Below, piece after piece: positions 55,875 to 61,792 of a stretch of 64,000 bases of DNA. The DNA comes from Candidatus Tenebribacter burtonii (GTDB lineage Bacteria > Cloacimonadota > Cloacimonadia > Cloacimonadales > TCS61), in contig JAVCCF010000037.1 in the NCBI GenBank assembly GCA_030765625.1, positions 1,716-65,715 of the forward strand, in the 5' to 3' direction. Both the position numbers and the translations under genes were made by a program. The stretch's first letter is position 1, and each line of letters begins with the position of its first letter. The notes beneath the pieces were generated by a model. That model did not search any database. It was not told the DNA's origin and saw nothing but the letters and a program-made list of their open reading frames with translations.

Positions 55875-57503
55875 ATCTGTATCTTCTATAAAGCTGGCGA
55901 TCGTAGGTGATTCCCTTTTGATATCATCCAAAGTAGGATTTGTTATTACTTTCTTACCTTTTACTTCTTCAAGTGTGAAATCAACTTTAATTTTGAGATT
56001 AAAATGTTTTGTAAAAATATCAGAAATAACTTCTTTTTCATTCTTTAATAAGTCATAGGCAAATGAATTAGCTGATACTAAGTGAAGGAAATTGTTAGAT
56101 AAGTTTTGTATATTACAATTAACAAGATAGTTAGACACAATAGGTTTTTGTTTATATAATATTTTTGCAATATCATCTAAACTCTCTTCAACAGCTTCAA
56201 TGGTCAGTTTATCGATCTTGGGTTTTTCTTGTTCTGCCTCTTTTTGAATTTCAGCTTTTACCTCTTCTATTTTTTCATGCATTGTAATAGTTTGTTGCTG
56301 CGGAATTACTACCTTTTCATTCTCAATAGGCTGCATACGAATTGGTTTAACCTTTTTTGTTCCCATATTAATTGGTTCATCTATATTTATCGAATCAATC
56401 AATTTATCAAGAGATTGAAGTTCAGAAAGACGAGATATCTTTATGAATGCCATTTCTACAACAAGAGTGGGATTACTACAGTTTTTAATATCCATTTTGG
56501 TTTTAATAAGTATAGTCATAATGTAAATAAGGTCACCATCCTGGAATTTATCGGATATCTCCAACATTTGCTTTCTGTTGGCTTCTGAGATAGTTGGAAT
56601 GTCGATGTTAAGCTTTAAAAGAAGCAGGTTTCTAATGTAATCAAGTATTCCATTAAGGAATTCTTGTATATCATTACCTTTTTCTAAAATATCATGTAAT
56701 AATTCAATAATACCGGATGCATTTTTTTCTGTAACAAAAAGTAGGATCTTATAAAATACATCGGTGTGAACAATCCCGAAGATCGTGAGTACATCGACAA
56801 GAGAGATATAATCTTTGCCGTAAGCAATAACCTGATCCATCAAAGATAAAGCATCACGCATACTACCGTCAGCTTTTTTACCTATTGCAAATAATGCTTC
56901 GGGATCAATAGATATGTTGTCAATCTTACAAATGGAACTCAATCTATCTATAATTGCAGGAATCGGAATCCTTTTAAAATCAAAGCGTTGACATCTGGAA
57001 ATAATAGTGGGAATAACTTTATGCGGTTCAGTAGTAGCAAAGATGAACACAACGTTTTTCGGAGGTTCTTCCAGAGTTTTAAGAAGTGCATTAAAAGCAT
57101 TCTTAGAAAGCATGTGCACCTCATCAATGATATAAATTTTATTTCGGGAAGTAGATGGTGCGTACATCAGCTCTTTCTGAAGATCACGAATATCTTCTAC
57201 TCCAGTATTAGATGCACCATCGATCTCAATTACATCAGATGAAATTCCTTGCGTTATCTCAGTACAGTTTTGGCAAACATTGCATGGTGTTGTTGTAGGA
57301 CCGTCATTCAAGCAATTCAGGCTTTTTGCAAATATCCTTGCTAATGAAGTCTTACCAACACCTCTAGGTCCTGTGAAAAGATATGCCTGTGCTGTCCTAT
57401 CCATTTCGATTGTGTTCTTAAGTATCTTTGTTATATGATCTTGAGCATATACTTCATCAAAAGTTTGTGGTCTGTATTTCCTTGCTAAAATTAAGTACGC
57501 CAT
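55860..57503 (-). CDS. dnaX: DNA polymerase III subunit gamma/tau
   Basis: AAA+ GPRGVGKTS, Walker B IIDEVHML, zinc module CNVCQNC, sensor SRCQRF. 547 aa. Confidence 0.95.
   Translation of the reverse strand: MAYLILARKYRPQTFDEVYAQDHITKILKNTIEMDRTAQAYLFTGPRGVGKTSLARIFAKSLNCLNDGPTTTPCNVCQNCTEITQGISSDVIEIDGASNTGVEDIRDLQKELMYAPSTSRNKIYIIDEVHMLSKNAFNALLKTLEEPPKNVVFIFATTEPHKVIPTIISRCQRFDFKRIPIPAIIDRLSSICKIDNISIDPEALFAIGKKADGSMRDALSLMDQVIAYGKDYISLVDVLTIFGIVHTDVFYKILLFVTEKNASGIIELLHDILEKGNDIQEFLNGILDYIRNLLLLKLNIDIPTISEANRKQMLEISDKFQDGDLIYIMTILIKTKMDIKNCSNPTLVVEMAFIKISRLSELQSLDKLIDSINIDEPINMGTKKVKPIRMQPIENEKVVIPQQQTITMHEKIEEVKAEIQKEAEQEKPKIDKLTIEAVEESLDDIAKILYKQKPIVSNYLVNCNIQNLSNNFLHLVSANSFAYDLLKNEKEVISDIFTKHFNLKIKVDFTLEEVKGKKVITNPTLDDIKRESPTIASFIEDTDSIIN
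56352..56358 (-). promoter_or_regulatory. candidate -1 programmed ribosomal frameshift heptamer in dnaX
   Basis: Coding strand reads ACA AAA AAG GTT AAA, so A_AAA_AAG sits in the zero frame at codons 382-384. The -1 frame reads AAA AAA GGT TAA, a stop after one extra codon. Confidence 0.4.
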
Positions 57504-57668
57504 TTATTCCTCTTTATCTAATTTTTACTTTTTGGAATTTCCTTTACAGCTTATATTTGTCAATTAAAAATCTTTCAAATATCATTGAAACCGAAATAAC
57601 TTTGTAACTGATTAGAAATTACTTTTTTCTTGACTCTCAAAGCGTGTTTTTTTTCTTCAATTGCATAT

Positions 57669-57755
57669 GCAGAAGTGGCGGAATTGGTAGACGCGCTAGG
57701 TTCAGGGTCTAGTGAGCAATTGCTTGTGGGGGTTCAAGTCCCCCCTTCTGCACCA
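57669..57755 (+). tRNA. tRNA-Leu (anticodon CAG), type II with long variable arm, CCA encoded
   Basis: Acceptor GCAGAAG/CTTCTGC. Anticodon stem CTAGG/TCTAG with loop TTCAGGG. T-arm GGGGG-TTCAAGT-CCCCC. Discriminator A plus CCA. Confidence 0.9.
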
Positions 57756-57765
57756 TATTTATAAA

Positions 57766-58329
57766 TCACATAAAGAATAAATGCTCAATAAGAATTTTCA
57801 ATCCAATTCCGATTAGAACTGTACCCCCGATAAATTCTATCTTATTCTCGAATAATGATCCAAATTTACCACCAAGATAAACACCCAGTAATGAAAGTAA
57901 AAATGTGATTATGCCAATAATTATTGCGGGTTGTATGATTTGAACTTGCAATGCAGAAAAACTAAGTCCTACCGCTAAAGCGTCAATACTGGTGGCAATA
58001 GATAGAACGAATACAGTTATCAAATTATTTGGATCACATTTACTTTCTGCCTTTTCGATCAGGAAAGATTCATAGATCATCTTACCGCCAATAAAAGTAA
58101 GTAAGCCAAAAGCGATCCAGTGATCGAATGCCGCGATGTAGTGTTGGAAACTAGTTCCCGCTAACCAACCTAACACCGGCATGAGTGCCTGAAAGCCACC
58201 AAAGAAGAAAGCAACTCGAAGAGCAGGACGTACTTTGAAACATTTTAAAGTAACTCCACTGGCAATAGAAACAGCAAATGCATCCATTGCTAAACCAAAA
58301 GCAATTAAAATTATTGTAATTATATTCAT
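57766..58329 (-). CDS. mntP: manganese efflux pump MntP family
   Basis: Two homologous halves with the DAFAVS / DALAVG motif. Six TM helices. 187 aa. Confidence 0.85.
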   Translation of the reverse strand: MNIITIILIAFGLAMDAFAVSIASGVTLKCFKVRPALRVAFFFGGFQALMPVLGWLAGTSFQHYIAAFDHWIAFGLLTFIGGKMIYESFLIEKAESKCDPNNLITVFVLSIATSIDALAVGLSFSALQVQIIQPAIIIGIITFLLSLLGVYLGGKFGSLFENKIEFIGGTVLIGIGLKILIEHLFFM

Positions 58330-58402
58330 TCAATCTCCAAAAACAAAACTTGAATTAAAAGATAATTAGTAAATGATTTTATCCTAACTATAAATTTTCC
58401 CT

Positions 58403-58541
58403 CGTTAACAAGTTGTATTTTTCTCATTAACAAGTTGAACTTGTTAACGCTACTGCTTTGTAAGTTTTACTTACGAACTTGTTTATTATGTAAGAAGTAT
58501 AACTTCAATATCAATTGTGTTCGCAAGTGCAACTTGCGAAC
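58403..58541. repeat. periodic array of AAGT-nnn-ACTT-apex hairpins
   Basis: 58427-58447 TTAACAAGT-TGA-ACTTGTTAA. 58457-58477 TTTGTAAGT-TTT-ACTTACGAA (one G-T pair). 58494-58506 GAAGT-ATA-ACTTC. 58519-58541 GTTCGCAAGT-GCA-ACTTGCGAAC. Centres are about 30-33 bp apart. An extra 5' arm copy at 58403-58414 can pair 12 bp with 58438-58449. Confidence 0.65.
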
Positions 58542-58563
58542 AAGAGATGTATAAATTTTGAAC

Positions 58564-58590
58564 TTGACTTTCAATAACTACAATTATAAT
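58564..58590 (+). promoter_or_regulatory. sigma70-like promoter candidate for the antitoxin/NTPase pair
   Basis: TTGACT (58564-58569), 15-nt spacer, TATAAT (58585-58590). The spacer is shorter than optimal. Confidence 0.35.
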
Positions 58591-58608
58591 TTCACAATAG
58601 GTTTAAAA

Positions 58609-58860
58609 ATGAAGACGTACAATATTGAATTAATTGAGAAAAGATTTGAAGAATTAATTGATCTCACTATTGATCATGACAATATTCTTAGAATTAAAAC
58701 CGGCAAAGGTAATGCAATTATAATCTCAGAAACAAAATGGAAATCAATTAAAGAAACTTTATTTCTTCTTTCAATTTCAGGTATGAGAGAATTGATAAAG
58801 AAAGGTATGAACACTCCTCTGGCTGAATGTAGTGAGGAATTGGAGTGGAAGAAAAGTTAG
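58609..58860 (+). CDS. Phd/YefM-family type II antitoxin-like protein
   Basis: 83 aa. MKTYNIELIEKRFEELIDL...GNAIIISETKWKSIKETLFLLSISGMRELIKKGMNTPLAECSEELEW is typical of Phd/YefM antitoxins. Start at ATG 58609 is preferred over the TTG at 58558. Confidence 0.8.
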   Translation: MKTYNIELIEKRFEELIDLTIDHDNILRIKTGKGNAIIISETKWKSIKETLFLLSISGMRELIKKGMNTPLAECSEELEWKKS

Positions 58861-58885
58861 AATTAAAAAAATAAAGGGATTTAAT

Positions 58886-61699
58886 ATGGAATCAATAATA
58901 ATTAAAATAATTGATTTAATTATAACATTTGCTTCAAAATCAATGAAAAAAGATTTTGAAATTGTAAAGTATCTGAAGAAAATGGGATTATTGAAATTAG
59001 AAGCTAATTTTGATTCAAGACTTATACATTCGTTAATTGAATTTGGTAAAAATAAAACTAATCTCAGATTCATTGAAGTTATGAAAGACAAAGTGTTACA
59101 AGAACTATTTCAAAAAGGAATATATGAAAATAAGCTTGATGAGTTTAAGAAAAAGGCTGAATTTACGCTTCATAAGAAATTAGCTTTTGAGAATATTACA
59201 TTGGATATACCATACGAGCAAATTATAGATGATTTTGTTTCAACTTTCGAAACAATTGATAAACAAACAGAAAGCAAAGCAATACTTGATTTTATAAACA
59301 ATACTAACTTGAAATTATTTGAATTATCTGAAACCAACTATAAAAACTCTTTCGAATACAAAATAGAAAAATACTTGGCTCAATTAATTGATGATTTCTA
59401 TAACAAGTTTGTGAATGATGATCTTTATGTAGACTTAAACGGTGTAACTAAAATTAAAACAAAAGTTCATCTGCATACAAAAGGAATAGTAAAAGAGGAG
59501 ATGAATGATAATTCATATGTTGAACTTAAAGCCGTAGCAGAAATAGATTATGAACCAATTGATAAATACATAAATGAATGGTTGGAAAAAGAAAATAAGA
59601 ATTTCCTGATAATCCTTGGAGAATACGGAACAGGCAAATCAACTTTATGTGAATATATTTCCTGTGATCTGGCAAAAGGTAATTTAAATCAGGGTGAACA
59701 AAAGATACAGGACAAAAAGCACAGAAAACCAATAATATTTAACCTGAGAAATTTTAGAAATCAGGGCCTCGAAGCCTTTTTAATATCTGAGTTAAGTATA
59801 AATGTCAATGAAGTATCATTTATTGAATTTAAAGAGAAATTGAAAAATGATGAATTCATATTGATATTTGATGGCTTCGATGAAATGGCAGCAGAAATAG
59901 ATGTAAGGGGGAAAAAAATTAATTTCGATTATATATTCGATATTTTAAAGTTCTATAAAAATAGTAAAATCATACTTACAAGTAGAATTGAATATTTCCA
60001 ATCATTGCAAGAACAATCGGAAGCATTAAAAGTGAATGAAGAAAATGTAGATACTATTTACATTAAATTATTTGAAGAACCTCAGATCTTAAAATTCCTA
60101 GAAAGAATGAAGGGAGAGCCAAATAAGAACTGGAAAGAGATAGAAGCTATTAACGGATTAAAAGATTTAGCAAAGAGACCGGTTCTCTTAAACTTAATCG
60201 TAAAACATTTAATGAAAATTCTTAAAGAAACAAAACAAGAAGTAAAATCGATTGATGTATTCAGTGCTGCCATCGATGATGAACTTAAAGAGATCAGGAA
60301 AAAATTCCGAAAAGATGATAGAGATTATGGAACAGATGACGCTACAAGGATGAGAATCTTACAGAAGGTTTGTATATCTCTTTTCATCAAAAATCAACTA
60401 AGCATTCCAATTATAGAAATAGCAGATTATGCTAAAAATGATCCTGATTTAAAAAATAAAAACGCAGCACAAATAGAAAACTATCTGACAAATTTCCATA
60501 CTTACACTTTCTTTGCTAGAGATAAAGATGATATTTTTAGAATATCACATAAAGCATTTATAGATTATCTGGCAGCAAAAGAGTTATATGAAGAAATTAC
60601 AAGCAATAAACCAGTGAACTTCGGGAAACAACAAATCAATGTTGCTATAATTCACTTTATCTTCGAAATGAAACCAAGTAAAACCAAATTGAAAAGATTA
60701 TTTAAAACTGCAGCAGAAACAACAGAAAAAACCAAATGGCAAAAAAGCAATGCAGTTAATTTAATTTTGAAAATTGATAATCCTCGATATGCTGGCAATG
60801 TCGATTTCAATTCAAGTGAAGTAAATTTGGAAAATTCTTATTTATATAATATTGATATTTTGATTGAATTGGAAAAATTAACAAATCTAAATTTAGCTAA
60901 GAATCAAATCAGCAACATATCACCACTACAGGAATTGAAGACTTTAGTTAGTTTAGATTTAAATAATAACCAAATCAGCGACCTATCACCGCTACAGGAT
61001 TTGAAGAATTTGACTATTATTGATTTGTCTATAAATAGAATCCGCAACCTAAAACCATTACATGGTTTGATAAACTTAATAAGTTTAGACTTATTCATGA
61101 ATAAAATTACAGACATTAAACCTTTGATTAATTTAAGGAATTTACAAAGTTTAAGTTTAGTAGGCAATGAGATCAATAATATTGAGATTTTGAAAGATTT
61201 TATTTATTTAGAGACTTTATTTTTAGCTGGTAATCAAATTAATGATATCAAGTCTTTGAGAGAATTAAAGACGTTAAAATGCTTAACTTTATCATACAAC
61301 CAAATCATCGATATCAAACCTCTGATAGGTTTAAAAAAACTTACTGATTTGAACTTACGTAATAATCGATTAAATAACATCGAATCTTTGAGAGAATTGA
61401 AGAATTTATTGTTTTTATGTTTAACAACAAATCAGATTAATGATATTGGACATTTGAAAGATCTGAAAAATTTAACAACTTTAGAACTTGCTTACAATCA
61501 AATTTGTGACATTCAACCTTTGAAAAATATGAAAAAGTTACAGCGTTTAATACTATCAATGAATAAAATTAATAATATTGATACTCTGAAAGAATTAAAA
61601 AATTTAACTGAATTATTAATAACTGGAAATCCACTTAAATCCTCTCAAATAGAAGAATTGAGGAAAGCTCTGCCCAAAACAAATATCGAATTTTATTAA
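58886..61699 (+). CDS. NACHT-type STAND NTPase with unassigned N-terminal domain and 12 C-terminal leucine-rich repeats (bacterial NLR-like)
   Basis: ATG 58886 lies 7 nt after AAGGGA; an alternative GTG at 58832 would overlap the antitoxin. Walker A GEYGTGKST (59618-59644). Walker B ILIFDGFDEM (59858-59887). ILTSR, KRPVLLNL, FRISHKAFIDYLAA. Then 12 x 22-aa LRRs. Confidence 0.8.
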   Translation: MESIIIKIIDLIITFASKSMKKDFEIVKYLKKMGLLKLEANFDSRLIHSLIEFGKNKTNLRFIEVMKDKVLQELFQKGIYENKLDEFKKKAEFTLHKKLAFENITLDIPYEQIIDDFVSTFETIDKQTESKAILDFINNTNLKLFELSETNYKNSFEYKIEKYLAQLIDDFYNKFVNDDLYVDLNGVTKIKTKVHLHTKGIVKEEMNDNSYVELKAVAEIDYEPIDKYINEWLEKENKNFLIILGEYGTGKSTLCEYISCDLAKGNLNQGEQKIQDKKHRKPIIFNLRNFRNQGLEAFLISELSINVNEVSFIEFKEKLKNDEFILIFDGFDEMAAEIDVRGKKINFDYIFDILKFYKNSKIILTSRIEYFQSLQEQSEALKVNEENVDTIYIKLFEEPQILKFLERMKGEPNKNWKEIEAINGLKDLAKRPVLLNLIVKHLMKILKETKQEVKSIDVFSAAIDDELKEIRKKFRKDDRDYGTDDATRMRILQKVCISLFIKNQLSIPIIEIADYAKNDPDLKNKNAAQIENYLTNFHTYTFFARDKDDIFRISHKAFIDYLAAKELYEEITSNKPVNFGKQQINVAIIHFIFEMKPSKTKLKRLFKTAAETTEKTKWQKSNAVNLILKIDNPRYAGNVDFNSSEVNLENSYLYNIDILIELEKLTNLNLAKNQISNISPLQELKTLVSLDLNNNQISDLSPLQDLKNLTIIDLSINRIRNLKPLHGLINLISLDLFMNKITDIKPLINLRNLQSLSLVGNEINNIEILKDFIYLETLFLAGNQINDIKSLRELKTLKCLTLSYNQIIDIKPLIGLKKLTDLNLRNNRLNNIESLRELKNLLFLCLTTNQINDIGHLKDLKNLTTLELAYNQICDIQPLKNMKKLQRLILSMNKINNIDTLKELKNLTELLITGNPLKSSQIEELRKALPKTNIEFY
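60869..61660 (+). repeat. 12 tandem 66-bp coding repeats (22-residue LRR units)
   Basis: Units of the form LxxLxxLxLxxNxIxDIxPLxx, e.g. LKTLVSLDLNNNQISDLSPLQD and LKNLTTLELAYNQICDIQPLKN. Confidence 0.9.
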
Positions 61700-61720
61700 T
61701 ATTAAAAAAGGTTTTTCATA

Positions 61721-61750
61721 AAAGGGCAACTCGTGAGTTGCCCCTACATA
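61721..61750. terminator. bidirectional terminator between the NTPase gene and leuS
   Basis: Perfect 8-bp stem GGGCAACT / AGTTGCCC (61724-61743), loop CGTG. T-rich sequence follows on both strands. Confidence 0.7.
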
Positions 61751-61792
61751 TTTTCTCTGTGTTCTTTGTTTCTCAGTGTCTCTGTGTTGATT

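Noticed and set aside
58404-58541. Integron attC sites (hairpins beginning GTT and ending AAC)
   Set aside because: attC sites have the inverse-core RYYYAAC at the 5' side and the core GTTRRRY at the 3' side, with extrahelical bases. Here GTT is outermost at the 5' end and AAC outermost at the 3' end, and the stems are perfect. No intI gene or cassette-like ORF pattern is present.
58330-58560. yybP-ykoY manganese riboswitch upstream of mntP
   Set aside because: mntP genes are often preceded by this riboswitch. However, the minus-strand leader shows none of the conserved GGGGAGTAG or CTTGACA-type core blocks that I could recognise, and the region is occupied by the AAGT/ACTT hairpins instead. 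A covariance-model scan (Rfam RF00080) would settle this.
58832-58885. Remnant of a degraded toxin gene between the antitoxin and the NTPase (GTG-initiated extension MRNWSGRKVRIKKIKGFN)
   Set aside because: Only 25 nt separate the antitoxin stop from ATG 58886. The 18-codon extension is too short and too weakly similar to RelE/ParE N-termini to support a remnant. ATG 58886 with AAGGGA upstream is the more likely start.
61754-61788. Direct repeat TCTCTGTGTT x2 just downstream of the leuS stop
   Set aside because: It is a 10-nt repeat with a 25-bp period and only two copies. It lies inside the T-rich tail of the bidirectional terminator region and is not distinguishable from chance.
57669-61790. 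tRNA-Leu as the integration site of a mobile island carrying the NLR-like gene
   Set aside because: I found no direct repeat of the tRNA 3' end (GGTTCAAGTCCCCCCTTCTGCACCA) near 61.7-61.8 kb and no integrase. The conserved mntP gene lies between the tRNA and the islet. The islet may still be an insertion, but not a classical tRNA-targeted one.
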